DNA of 55,869 nt, counting the filler, from Platydemus manokwari (Eukaryota), in NCBI GenBank assembly GCA_037951405.1. It is 5 parts of 5 records of this genome, joined end to end, with 100 filler letters (N's around TTAATTAATTAA, not from the genome) between each part and the next. Parts side by side here need not be neighbours in the genome. Positions count along the whole stretch, not along the records: positions 10,051 to 20,632 come from JBBMOY011122107.1; positions 20,733 to 29,488 come from JBBMOY011355093.1; 3 more parts are not named here. The stretch is one strand, 5' to 3'. Numbering within the stretch: position 1 is the stretch's first letter; the number at the start of each line of letters is the position of its first letter. Made by a program: the position numbers and the translations under genes. The notes below the pieces were generated by a model. The model searched no databases. It was not told the DNA's origin and worked only from the letters and a program-made list of their open reading frames with translations. Shown piece after piece: positions 13,480 to 26,956 of the stretch.

Positions 13480-14975
13480 CGTGAGAGAGATAAATACAGA
13501 AAGACACTAATTGGTGTGTTGGTTAAAATTGTGGCTAAGACCGATAAAGGCGTTACCTAGCATCCAACATTAACGACATCAATGGGACCTGAAGACGGTT
13601 GGAGAAACTAAGGAGTTCATTTACCGCATCGTATTTAGCATGATTGCCTTCACGATTCCGAACACAGTTAAGCTCCAAATATTAAGGTACTTTCATATCA
13701 AGAAGGAAAGTCGTTTTCCTCTTATTACCCCTGATTATAAAATTTGAACACAGTCTTGTGTCGACTTCGACAAAGTTGATTTCAATGAAAAAATGCCAAT
13801 AAAAGTTCCAATAAAATATTTGTGATATTGGACGACGATTGAGAACATGAGCAGCAGTCTCGACATGTGTACTACAATGACAACAACAATTCAAATTTTG
13901 TCCTTTTACTATCCGGAAAGTACGATATTTCAATTGAGAATTATCATTCTAAATAATAGATTCCAAATAAGAGACAAGCTAACCTTTCATCAAAACACTC
14001 GATGGAGGGAATGACAAAAGGAAGAGAAATTATGAACTTGTGATTTCATGGATTTTCAGCCTTTGTATGGACAAGCATGACAAAATCATGCAAAATTTAC
14101 AGACATTCATTCTATTTACCATTAAAATTCTATTTACCAGTATCAACATCATTTTTCCACTACTCATCAATCTCAACATAAGACAAGCCCTGCAAACCTT
14201 TGACTACCAAGTCGTGGCTCGATGAAAAGCAAGATTATTCAAGGCACTCAACCAGTCCATAGCTTGGCAGATATCTTTAGTGTGGAGAAAATTAAAGTGG
14301 TCATTGTTCTCGTGAAACAATTCGTTGATGATGAACTATTGAAAAAACAGAAGGCGACTACAATATTCTGTATATAATATTTGTGAAGGGAAGATACAAT
14401 ACCTAGATGTCTTACTTTTCTTGAAGTGTAGACAAGGCATTTTTGAAAGGCTAAAGAACATCAGTATAACAGATTATATTCAGTATTGCCAGAATTTTTT
14501 CATTGAATCCCAAGTCATGAAAATAGCTAGGCGATTGTTTCTTGTACTGAAATGAAAGACAATATGTCTCTGTTCTGAAGATGAAATGACAGATGAGAAT
14601 GAATGAAAATGCGAAAGCGTGAACCTTCTGAGATGGATAAAGAATATTTTCCTCTATCACATAGAAATCTGCAACACCCTGATATCGAATATTTTTAATG
14701 TCTTGACGTTTTTGGAGCACTAAGGGTATTAATTTTGGGTATCACTGAGCAGTTAGTGTTAATTAGATGACACGAATCGATCAAGGACAAAGATGATGTT
14801 TTATTCAAAATTGGCTGCAACGACAAGGTCACCTGCGTAGGCTAGAACATTAAGTCTGACGTCATGAAGTTTGGTCCAGTCTAATAGCTATTGATTTCAC
14901 GGATAAAACTGATGATAAAGTAAATTAAGATAATCGAGAGTGAACATCTCTGCTTTACCCCTTCTACTATTTGGA
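13480..14975 (-). mobile_element. 5'-truncated, decayed non-LTR retrotransposon with restriction-like endonuclease (NeSL/R2-type)
   Basis: Ordered motifs on minus: GVKQRCSLS (GVKQGCPLS), LNVLAYAGDL (RT motif C), IRYQGV, VYTSRK..HLGI, CCHC knuckle (CCCHCSTHVETAAHVLN), LLDMKVP...NHAKY and PIDVVNVGC (REL domain); many stops and frameshifts. Confidence 0.85.
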
Positions 14976-15949
14976 TTTGATTGGCAGTAATTAAGAGGCA
15001 ATGATAAATTGTAATGCAATTATTATATAAGTTAGATCTAATAGAAATAGTATTTTATAATTGGTGATAACCAATTTAAAGTTGTAATCATTATGTGACA
15101 AGTAATTACCATCTAACTTTTAAGTATAAAAACGACTTAAAAACCAGCACTTGATAGTTTGACAATAGTTTTGATAAATTTCATTTATTTATAAATAAAT
15201 TTGGTGGATATTTTTCAGAATGGATCCAGTATTTTGTATGTGCCTGATATGGATTTATATATTGGTATTTAACAATATCACAGCATTGTGTATCTATTTA
15301 ATATTGTGACTAACTAAATCATTACGACACTGGTATGTGATAGTCATTGTATCTGACTTTGTAATTTGTGAGAATAGAGTATTTCACCATTTTACAGGAC
15401 TTGCTAATAGCTTGCAAAACATCAAAGATGTCATTTATCGAGATGGAAGAACTAAAACATTTCGTGTTAGTTGTTACCATTTGTAAAATCACTTTAATGG
15501 TATAAAAGAAATCACTTTTAAGTGATATTTAAGTGATTTTTAAGACGCATAGTTTCAACTTAAATTTTCGATGATGGTTAAAATTTTTTAGGACAGTAAT
15601 AGCTATTATTATAATGCTAAGAACAAAAAGAGTTTATTAAAACAAAATTGGTTCGAATGGATGAGCGTCAGTTAGAAAATTTATTTTCGTTAAATTTGAA
15701 ATTTTATCATAATTGTGATTTCAAAATATATGCGGGAATATTTATCTATAAATAAATACAAGAGCACGTTTCGAAAGGAGTTTGATCTGGTCACATTTGA
15801 AATAAATGTTTTACATTAAAATGACATCAATAGAACGAATTATAAAGTAGTTATTTATCCTTTTATCAAACAGTGTAATAATATTCGTCATATATACATT
15901 TATGAGTTCATAAAACATTGTCAGCAGAAATGCAAGGCAAAGTACAAAC

Positions 15950-16750
15950 TTTGTAAAGTTGGTGAGGAATTGGACTCTGGTCTTTTCGAGAGATGATGAA
16001 TCGATAAATGTAATGTCACCGCATAGTGGTACAAACAATTCGATCTAGATTATTTTGACATATTTAGAGACAGAATAACACCAAAGCAGTAAATTTACGA
16101 GGGACTTTGACATTCCAAAATAAAATTGATTACTGCTAACCAGCATAAAAAGGAGGCAATATAACTTAGGTGGCTATTTATAGAATTTCGTGATCAGACA
16201 GGATAACCTGATTGCATGTTCGACAAGAAGATAAAAGAAATATTTGTTTGATATACGACATGGAAATTTGACTGAGAAATTGCAGAAGCAAAACAAGAAC
16301 AGACAGAAGTATACAAGTTAGGTATTGAAATTATGACAACCAGATAATAAAAATTTGGGAAGACGAATTTTCCTAGAGAATTAATAGAGGCTATCAAAAA
16401 ATAATCGATTATCGTGAAAGTTATTGAAATTTTCAGATGTTATTTTTGTTACTTAAAATAGTAAAGTTATCGTGAATACTGATAATTGTCATTTTACTGC
16501 GGAATAATCTTAAAAAATTATATATATATAGTAGTTGGGCCAGAAGTAGATTATCTGCCGATATATCTAAATTGGGGACAGACTTGTTTCGCTTTTTGTA
16601 TTTACAGAATCTTTATGAAATGCTCGGTCCTGGTGTTTTTAATTTTGTACTGTGTGTCACAAATATATCTTATGGAAACAACTTATTGTCTATTGGAGTC
16701 AGATAAGTAAGTTAACGAATATTGTTGCGTATTACATCAGCTGGATTCAA
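15950..16750 (+). mobile_element. Dispersed repeat, homologous to about 25040-25575; possibly an LTR-retrotransposon gag remnant
   Basis: Collinear shared blocks such as aatttcgtgatcagaca...acctg...acaagaaga, gaaatttga, gcaaaaca, atcaaaaa and gaatat..tg....tacacca; no intact ORF. Confidence 0.55.
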
Positions 16751-17161
16751 CAATACATATTAGCTTGAAATGAATTTGAAGGTGAATTATATTTTTATCA
16801 CTGTCGTTCGGAATAAGAATGATCAAATTTTAATAAATCACTTTATTTTTTTTTAACATAAATTATTCATTGATTAGTTTTACTTTTTAATTTAATATAA
16901 ATTCAATAAGGATTTAATAATAATTTAATAATAACTTATTCATTACTTAATAACTTTTCTAATTTCCACTTATTATTAGAAACAGACACACAGAACATTG
17001 ATAAAGTAGATCTATATAAATTCTTAATAATAATAACGTGTTCAAGTGACTGTTTTCTTCAATGTTAGCAGTTTTCATTTTATAACTCTGTAATCGACTA
17101 TCATATTGGTTGTATAAATCTCCCGATTAAGGCAAATGTAATATTTTATTATTATCCAGTA

Positions 17162-17201
<40 letters not shown>

Positions 17202-17337
17202 ATTAATATTATAAAAAATTCCTTTTCTATTGCTCATTGTAACCAATTATAATAATTATAATAATCATTATTAATACGAATGTATAAATAACATAATATT
17301 AAGCAAATCTAATGTCAGATAAATTATTTTGGCTTAC

Positions 17338-17463
17338 TCCGTATTCAAACATCCCACATCTGTATACTTATTGATTAATTTCTTTACATCTTGTGATGTG
17401 AATTTCTTACAAACGTGCCTTCCTATGATGGGATATTTTGTGATGCAAATATTTCCTGTCATT
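17338..17463 (-). CDS. Candidate isolated internal exon of an unidentified gene
   Basis: 126 nt bounded by ttag| and |gtaagc, symmetric phase 2-2, single open frame MTGNICITKYPIIGRHVCKKFTSQDVKKLINKYTDVGCLNT; no recognised homology. Confidence 0.4.
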
Positions 17464-18120
17464 CTAATTTGTAAAATAATAGAATAAAGAAAAATAAAAA
17501 TGGAAAATATCTTATAAATATATTGATTTGTTGATGTGATAATTACAATAAAACAAAGCAGTGTAATTAGCGATTGTGTTTATCAATTAAATTTCAATCA
17601 TGGAGACATCAATAAGACAAGTAAATAGATTACATTTTGTTTTTGAAAGAAACTTTTTCAATAACAAGTATTTTTCTTTCATTTATTGCATCGTTTTGGT
17701 TAAGAAATAAACTAGAACAGATAGAAGAATATCAATGAGAAATAATTTTTGTATTTTTGATTACATTCATTAATAAACGAATTAACCAACGATTAATTTA
17801 TTATTATTCTCGTAACGTGTTCATCCGTTTTTAGTTTCGCATTAAATTACCGATAGAGATAATTAATAAACTGATAATTTTACTGAATGGAATGAAATTA
17901 TTCGATCTAATTTGATAATAGGTACTAATATTGTGAATTGTTCTTCATTGAAATGAAATTATTAAACTATAAAAAATATTAATAAGAATAATATTATTAT
18001 GAATATCTGCTGTAATTTTGGAATGAAATCAGAAGCAAGTAACATTTAATTTCAATTTTGATCAATTATGTCTGAAATATAAATGTAAATTAATGTAATT
18101 AGAAATTCAAATCAAATTTC

Positions 18121-19300
18121 GGATTAAGTTAAACAAATGGGTCCTAAAATAAAATTTTAAATTTGTGAAGTGCATTGGAAGAATCTAAATAGTTTATTTA
18201 ATTAAATTCTTTAAAACATTTTAAATTTTTTATTTAAGTACTTAAGAAGAATCTAGGTTGTTTATAATCAAATGATATATACACAGAAGTTTTAAAATCT
18301 ACAAATAATTAATTATTTGAAAAACAGGTCAAAGTAGGTCAAGATGAAATTAATTGAAAATTAGCAAGAACCTTTTTTTAGCATTAGAAGCAAATGGAAC
18401 GATATCTAAGATTTTTATAGTTATTTTATACAAAAGTGACTTGTTAATCATTGAGGAGTGCCAGGAAATAGATGCATGTGTTTAATCTCAAAAAAAGTAT
18501 ATTGATATCTATTTCATAGATTGGATACATAGATCCAAAACCTGTCGATACTGTAATGAAATGAAGATTTCATCCAAATCAAATAAATAGTACAGATGGA
18601 GATGCCACAAATATATGAGAGGTTTCGGAAGTCGAATAGAGGGACTTGGTTCAACGATTTGGCCTTGTCCTTTTTCGACATTCTGAATAAGGAATTTTTG
18701 GTGCACGGGATTCACACACAAAGTATTTTAGCAAAATGACCTCCATAAGCAAACCAACAATCGACAAAGATTTAAAATTTTTATTAAAAATAAAACCAAT
18801 AATTTAAAATTATTTATTAAGGTACAAAATCTGTAGAATCCACGTCTATGAATAAATATCTTGGCATATAATAATAATTGGAGGTTAAAATATCGTCGTA
18901 GAAATTGAAGAGGCCTATTTTCGACATGCCAAATAAAATATAGGATATCAAAGACATCGTATTTGAGTTTTTGAAAGCCAGCCTGGAGACGTATAGTAAG
19001 AAAGAATTATTCCTCATTTTTAGTCAACAACCGAAACTCATCGTCTGTAAAATCAATAAATACAAGTAAAATATAAATGTTATATTTCAAATAATACTTT
19101 TATTTCATTGTATATTTATGAAACCGTGACTCATAATATATGAGGATTGTTGGAGTTGCTTTTGCCTGTTTCATCTAAAATTGAATTTTCAGCAAAAATT
19201 TCATTAAATTATCATTAAAAATAAATTTTTATTTAAAATTATACACGAAAATACATTACATTACAATTGGGTCAAAGGACACTTTTTCTTAACTTAAGCC
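18121..19300 (+). mobile_element. Merlin (IS1016/ISXO2-like) DNA transposon, internally deleted, with transposase relic
   Basis: TIRs GG(A/C)TTAAGTTAA; perfect 8-bp TSD caaatttc (18113-18120, 19301-19308); 18520-18770 reads TCRYCNEMKISSKSNK*YRWRCHK / RKSNRGTWFNDLALSFFDIL / ISKPTI, like the Merlin N-terminal Zn-ribbon/HTH region. Confidence 0.85.
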
Positions 19301-19652
19301 CAAATTTCGAATCAAAATTAAAATCGAAATAATAACAAAAATAGTTTTACAAAAAATTACAAAATATAATCATATTAATAATTATTATAATAAAAATATA
19401 AGAAGGCAAAATATGGTTCTCTAAAAACAAATCCACTATCTTCATCTTATTTATGTCCCTACATTTTATGCATTCAAAAGTATTCATTTTACAGCACAAA
19501 AAATCGTTACTGTATCCACTTCAATATCATCAATAATAAACAAAATATTATTGAAAGAATTATTAATTTTCATATCATATTTTGGTGAATAATAAACACC
19601 CCATCCAATAGAATGACTTTATGATATTCACATACAGCCATAATGAATAATA

Positions 19653-19696
19653 AACACGCACACACATACACGCACACACATACACGCACACACATA
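19653..19696. repeat. Three copies of the 14-bp unit acacgcacacacat
   Basis: Direct reading. Confidence 0.85.
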
Positions 19697-20424
19697 GGTG
19701 CATATAATGTTAACATCATTAAAAAAATGATATTCATTTATCCTTCTTTAATAAATCGAATTTCGTTAAAAAAAATGGAAAAATCGATATCACCATTCAT
19801 TAATTTCGATTGATTTTCATCAACTATATTATTAAACTATTAAATTTAATCTGGGAAACCAATTGACGAAACATTTTCCCATCAAAAGTTTTGTGAAAAA
19901 TAAACAACAATATTATATCGTTTTGAAAAAAATCAAATATTTATAACATTGGTTGAAGTTTTTTTATGCGTGACAATCACTTCTTTTGTTGTGGTGTTTT
20001 ATTATTTTGTCATATGGAAGGCAGCATTGGGGATTATAGTGAAACAGTAGTAGTAGTAGTAGCAGCAGTATAAAAATCAAATTGATTTTAGTCAATCATC
20101 AACAAAACAATGGCAATAACAAAATTTTTTAAACGACAACATTTTCCAAAAATGGTTTGTCTGTTATGGGCATTGTTTGGCAAAAAACTTTTGAATTGCA
20201 AATAATAATAAAATAATAAGTAATGTCAGGATAATAATTTTGTATTGTGATGGATAAATGGATTCGCATATATGCGAAATTTGTTTTAATAAATTAGATA
20301 ATCGATTGATTGATTAGATTTTTTGTGTTTGGGGAAATTTTTGAATTTTGTAATTATGAGATTTTAGACTTTGTTTATTCATTAAAAAAAACAAGTGAAA
20401 TACATTTTAAAACATTAATATCGG

Positions 20425-20632
20425 AAATAATAATAATATCAATAATAATATTAATAATTATAATATTAATAAACAATAGTAATAATAATAACAATAATAA
20501 TAAAAATATTTATAATAATAGTAATAATAATAATAATAATATTAACAATAATCGTCATAATATCAAAATTAATATTATTATGATTAATAATAATAATAAT
20601 AATCATATTAATACTATTAATGACTAAAATAA
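20425..20632. repeat. Degenerate (AAT)n low-complexity tract at contig end
   Basis: Direct reading; explains the Asn/Ile-rich ORF 20310-20627. Confidence 0.9.
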
Positions 20633-20732
20633 NNNNNNNNNNNNNNNNNNNNNNNNNNNNNNNNNNNNNNNNNNNNTTAATTAATTAANNNNNNNNNNNN
20701 NNNNNNNNNNNNNNNNNNNNNNNNNNNNNNNN
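20633..20732. other. Assembly gap linker
   Basis: N44-TTAATTAATTAA-N44. Confidence 0.98.
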
Positions 20733-22669
20733 ATATAGTTCATGTGTTGCGAGTTCTGACCTGCTAGGCTATCAGAAAATATATGAAATGACAAGCATTC
20801 TTTCCTAAACTCTAACATTTGATTTTAGAATCAGAGTTATGAAATTGTGCTTGCTACGAGAACACTATGAATTTTTAAAGTCTTTTATTTAAAGTCTTTC
20901 ATATCTTCCTGTCAATTCTGATGCTTCTCATCTCTATCTGAGAAGAATTCATATAGTTTCTTGTTTCTGGGATTAGTTAAATGAGTATCATCTACAAAAA
21001 ATTATAAACTACTTATAGACGTTAAGCTTAAGCTCTGGCTTGTTATGCTGATGGATAAAAAATAGTAAGACGTAGATATTTTATCAAGAATAAAACTAGA
21101 ATAACATTTGAAAAGTAATTCCGTAAAATGAGTATCATCTACAACAAATTATAAACTATACATACTTTAAACATACCAACAGTAAAATAGATAGAGAAGA
21201 AATGAAACAAAACATTGAGTAAAAATCAAAATGATGGAAATAACATAAAGCACATTTAAGACGGGTGACAATGTATTAATAAAAAAAGAAATATATGATG
21301 ACCCATTTACAGTGATGTGAAAGAACCACTTTTTTACAATATAAGAATGGTAAAATGATAAAAAGGTAAGTGGAGAAATAAAAAAAATTGAAAGGCGACA
21401 GGAAGTTTAATTTGTTTTTATCAATAAACAAAATGCTTGGAATTCTAATGCAAAATGATGTTGATTATATTTCAATATACATACTAGAAATAACAGGTCC
21501 TGGTTTGAAAATAATAAAGAATGCTCATTAAACAAAATTCATTTTTTCCATCAATTGCACACGTTTTTGGAGAGATAAAAATTTAGTTAAGATTCTTTAA
21601 GAACTGTGCAAAGAATTTGTATCATTTCTTTTTAATTTTTATAGATTTCTATACACGAATTAAATGAGGATATCATTTAAAAGTTAGAATCCTTAACATT
21701 TACAATATAAATTCACACTATATATTTGCTCTATATTGTTGATTTGCTTATCAATAAAAATTGTTTCTAATTTTAGACTTTTCAAATAAATATTTTTCAT
21801 TTCGTAATATTTTCATAAATATAATGTCACCCGAATGAATGTTTATTTATTTATAAAATTTATTTCAAGTTGATTACCATAAATTACAATAAATATTGAT
21901 ATTTTATTTATAAAATTAAAAGAAAACTTAAAAAATTAAGCATTTGTATTACCTTTGACAAAATGAAAACAACTATAAAGTGATAATTGTTCAGCATTAA
22001 GAACTTCTTAAAATTCTATACATCGAAAATAATACTCTCATTCGGTAAATTTTGTCATCAAAAACATCTTGATAAATCATTTTGGACAACTTTAAAATAA
22101 CTTTAGAGTTTGCCGTATAGCTGTAATCTCAATCATTGAAAAATATCTTTTAATAACTGCTAACGGGCATATTTCGCTTAGATTCAAAGTGGAATATAAT
22201 ATTCAAAATATGGTCTTTGAGATAAATATTTTAATATGATATTTGAGATTAAAAACAACGTTTAATATGAAAAATTATCAAAATTTTTTATAATTGCCAA
22301 GAATTTTTGTGAAAATCAAAAGTTTTCATGTAGAGTCCTATGAAGAGCGATGAAATATATTTTGAAATTCATTTAAGAAAAAACAATTTCAGCGAAATAT
22401 CACATTATGACAAGTATTTCATCGAGTTAAAAATATTATTATTCGTGTTTTTAACTTTCAGAAATTTTGATAAGCGAAAAGAAAGTAACATTTCTTTAGT
22501 TTTTAAAATTACCCAATTTAATTATTGTTAAAGATAACATCAATATATGTTGTACACTAGTCTCTAAACTTTTCGATAACATGAACATCGTTAAAAATAT
22601 TATGTTATTTAGATAAAGATAAGTTTACTAGATTTTAAAGAATTACTTTTTCGATATTGGAAACATGGA

Positions 22670-22920
22670 GCAGAAATTATGTTATTTTAAAATAATTATT
22701 TGATCATTTTTTAAAATTATTTCATCACTGTAGCTTCAATGCTCTTTAGGACATTTGAAAATCATTAAAATTTGAAATTACGCATTCACAAAGTGAGAAA
22801 TTTAAATAAATTTTATGTTATTTAGAATAAATAATGATAAAAATTATAAATGGATTAAAACAATGAAAATATGATCATGATGATATAATGTATAATGATC
22901 ACTGAGTTTTTCAAAAGTAA
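22670..22920 (+). repeat. Dispersed repeat homologous to 29275-29488
   Basis: Shared blocks gaaattatg, acatttga.aatcat, gagaaatttaaataaattttat.ttattta.aataaat and aatgat.actga in the same order. Confidence 0.6.
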
Positions 22921-25039
22921 AAAACAATCCTTTGATTGAAATTCATTTTATCCTTATCAGTAATGTTTTAAACTGATGTTGATACGACGATTTGTGCAGT
23001 TATGATAAACAGTTTTTCAATATTTTACGATGTTGTTCAACTAAATTTCGAATCAGTTAATAAATTAAACAAAATGGGTAAAATGATATTTATCATGTAA
23101 ATGTGCAAATGATTTGCGGATTAAAATGATTATTTTGTCACGTTAATGGGCTTTAAGTGCATCATTAAATAATTTTGCTTTAAAATTCATATTATAAGGG
23201 CGTGAACTGTGATGTTATGTTTAATGGAATAACAATGCTTAGGATTTTCAATTATGTTCTTAATTAATTTGTATTGACTAGCAAATAAATGTGATAAAAA
23301 TTTGTGAAAAATAACTTTGCAAGTTTGAAAATCGCATTGTGAAATACCAATAATTATTTGAACAAGTTATAAATTGAAACATTAAATCATTTTTATTATT
23401 AAAAAAAATGTTAATAAATACGTTAAAAATGGTCATTTTTAAAATTTATAAATTCATTGATTTACCCTTTCAATATTACACTTCTAAACTAAGTTATTTT
23501 ATTTTAGAAGATTGGAAATTACTCAACATGAGTAAGAACGAACAGATTTTGAAAGCATAGTTTGTAAAAAAATAATTTTCAGATCCTTAAGAGACAGATT
23601 GAAAAAGAACAAAAAATGATGCGATGAAAATTTTGAAAATCATTCTCAAATTTAGGTCTTACATTTGTTATGAATGGTTTTAACATAAATTAAAGAATAG
23701 AGGAACTTAAATATTTAAGTTTTGGAAAATTATTTAAATAATTACGTAAGAAAAAATCAATATTCTAAAATATTATTACTTAAAGGTATCGCTGAATTTT
23801 CAATAAGTATTGAAACCAAGTGTTCAAAGTCAAGAAAAACAACAAAAAGTAATTGAAGAAGGAAATACAAATATAAAAGCTTTTTAAAATGCACAAGAAA
23901 TATATAAACAAACTTATGAAATAGTGAAATATTGGATAAATCAAATATAATATAGAAAATTATGTGAAACTGGAATATATTAAAATTTCATTAGAACATT
24001 GATGAATTATCTGCAGGCTATTATACTATATTAATGTTGAAAAATTTAAACAAAAAGGATTTTAAATTTAAAAAATAATTACGCAAAGATTTATTATAAA
24101 ACATGAATAAAAATTATTTCGATAATTTCTGACACATTATTTTGGAGAATAATAGCACAAATAATACTGAAAATGACTTTAAAACTCATTCTAAAATGTT
24201 ATCAAAAACAATTTACAATTTGACATAATTTTTTGATGGAATATCGTTAAGAAAATTGAAACGAGAAAGGAAATTTAATTAATAAATCATACGAAGATCG
24301 TCCGTCTAAAACCTTTTAGAGATTTCTAATCACATTACAAAAAAAAGTTTATAAATAAAATTTAGACAAATTTGAGAATAAGTTTTCATTCTTTTAATTA
24401 ATTCAGTTTCGAATTTTTATTGAACCATTGTTGCAATCGTATAATTAAGGTTAAATACAATTATAAGGTCGATGACAAATAATAAACGGCATAACGTCCT
24501 TGAAGTGTATGCCGTTGTCGATATATTATCGGTCTTTTGTGATTTACCAAGCTAACGATATCCTCAATTGTCTAATTCTGATATGTTGAACATCATTTAC
24601 GTCGCAATTTGTAAGGTTACTAGTTTTTCTTTTTTATTGGTTACATATTCAAATCTGTTGGAAGTGTAAGATAAACAATATGTGAGTCTTTATATGGACT
24701 GTTTAATTTCGTAGACATCCACACTAAATCACTGGACTAACAGATAAACTGGCTCTTATGTTTGAGTTTTTAAAGTCGTGTGCATAGCAATAACTATAAA
24801 TATTAATATTAATAAGAATGCAGACGAAAATTGAAAAAGTCCAAAAAATAAAAATAAAAATTAATTTAAATTAATAAAAAATAAAGTAAACTAATGTTTT
24901 ATTAATAACTCATTGTTTTGTTTCTTGATATTGAAAGTGACATCAGTTCTAAATCATTTGTCCACTAAATATTTTGGAAAATAATAGTGAAACATTATCA
25001 CTAAGTCAAAGCAAGGAAAGTTCAAAGTAACTACTTAGA

Positions 25040-25575
25040 AAAATTATGTGAGGGATGAAAAATCCTTAAGTATGTTTCTGCACTATGATAAAGGTAATGC
25101 GATATACATTATCTTAACGTTTGTAGATACACGAAATCATTGAAATTGATAGTTTGCTGCAAAATGCTTCAAAAAATCTGGTATACATATGGAGGCAATT
25201 CGATTAAGAATGCATTAGAAAAATTTCGTGATCAGACAAAATGACCTGGTTGCTCCTTTAAACAAGAAGAAAAATGACAAAGCTTACTGATCTACTAAAG
25301 AGAAATTTGATAGAGGAATTCTATAGGCAAAACAGGATCATACAAGGGAATTTGTGGAGACAATTATCAAAAGCCATCAAAAATGGTTTTAAGAGAAAAA
25401 TAACTTAAATCGAATCCGGTGACAAAATTGGTTTTCTTATTCATTTAATGGCTCGACGTTTATGTAAAAAGTTTGAAAATTGTCATATGAAATATAACTT
25501 AATGATCAGCTTATTGGTTACTTTGTTTTGGAATATCGCTGTGCACTACACCAGGTACATCTGGCAAATTTAATA
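25040..25575 (+). mobile_element. Second copy of the dispersed repeat at 15950-16750
   Basis: Collinear nucleotide blocks shared with 15950-16750. Confidence 0.55.
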
Positions 25576-26399
25576 ATACAGATTTCTAATGTATTCAAAA
25601 GATTTAATTAAGATTTTGTGGAATTTTTGCGATCGACCGGTTGGCCACCACTGATATATACAACATAAATGTGCAAATGTTTAGAGATTCAATTGAAAAA
25701 TGAAGTGAATAATTGTGTTTATGTTTAGAGTGTGAGCATTAATTTTAATTAAATGATAATAGTTTTAAAATTTCAAAATAATTTGAAATAATTTTTAAAT
25801 TTATTTTTAAATCAATATCTTACATAATGATTTTAAAAAAAGATTATTTTAAATAATAAATATAATATTAGATTAATTAAAAATTTGAAATTTTAAAATT
25901 TATTATATAAAACAAGATAAATTATAGTTATTTTAATATTGTTACATATAGACCTGATTAAGATCGATATCGAATCTTTCCGAAATTATAATTTGTTTAA
26001 AAAATTGTATTAAGAATTGTAATTAAATAAATTTTAAGAAAATGAGTTCTTCTGTTGAAACATAAATTACAAGCAAAGCAGCTTGCTGCTACTAAATTAT
26101 TGATCTCAAATTTACTTTAAAAGAGCACAAATGATGTGTGATATATAGAAATATTGATGTTTTGTATATTCAATTAAAATATTAAATTTTCATCAAATGG
26201 CTAATATATGTGACAGACATTTATGAAACTGTTTTATATCAATTAGTAAACTTATTTCAAAAATAATTCATTTAATTATTTATTTTGTAATCATTAGAAC
26301 TTCGTTGTATTTATAATATTAATAATATAAATTTTTTTTAATATTACAGACTCACTCAGATTAGTTTGAAATTCATATTCTTGGGTCAACGTGGAAGTT

Positions 26400-26702
26400 A
26401 TATTAGATATCAATATTTACAATCTATTAAAATCAATGCTTTTGATCATAATGGTTAATAAATTTGATGAAAAATATAATTATAAAGTAACACTCAAGAC
26501 AATAAATAATTATATATTCAACTAAATGGATTACATGGTACAAAGTGTAATATATGTTGTAGGTGTGCACATTTGCTAAATCCAAAAATATTAAATTGCA
26601 CAGAGGCGCATTAGCCATATTATCAAACACGAAAAATCTTGGAAATTTACCTAGGTTACAGAATAATAAGTTGATCAAAACTTGATCATCTATTATATTC
26701 AC
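26400..26702 (-). pseudogene. Highly decayed third copy of the GPCR (TM4-ECL2-TM5-ICL3 fragment)
   Basis: LGKFPRFFVFDNMANA...YNIYYTLYH...NHYDQ aligns with LSSVPHLFIFDLYYNA...WNLYYKLFH...NQHDQ of the intact gene; same strand. Confidence 0.5.
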
Positions 26703-26956
26703 GAAGGTATGTCTTTTTATTTCTCAATAAATAACTCATGTCCAACAACTAATAGTTTATTTGATAATTTATCTTTTCATCTAAAGGTTGATCAAATATA
26801 AAATTTATCAATAAAAATTATAGAAAGGTAATGATCAATAAAATATTTAAACATAAATAAAACAAGCAATAAAACATGGCAAAATATAAAACAAACAACA
26901 AAATGCAAGTGAAATTATTTAGTGCATAAAATGAGTTAAAAAATCGAGAATAAAAA

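Noticed and set aside
13580-13615. Hammerhead-like ctgaaga...gaaa
   Set aside because: Flanking stems do not pair, and it is antisense to retroelement coding sequence.
18509-19017. Minus-strand ORFs as host exons
   Set aside because: They lie inside the TIR/TSD-bounded Merlin element whose coding relic is on plus.
20310-20627. 105-aa Asn/Ile-rich ORF
   Set aside because: Product of an (AAT)n microsatellite.
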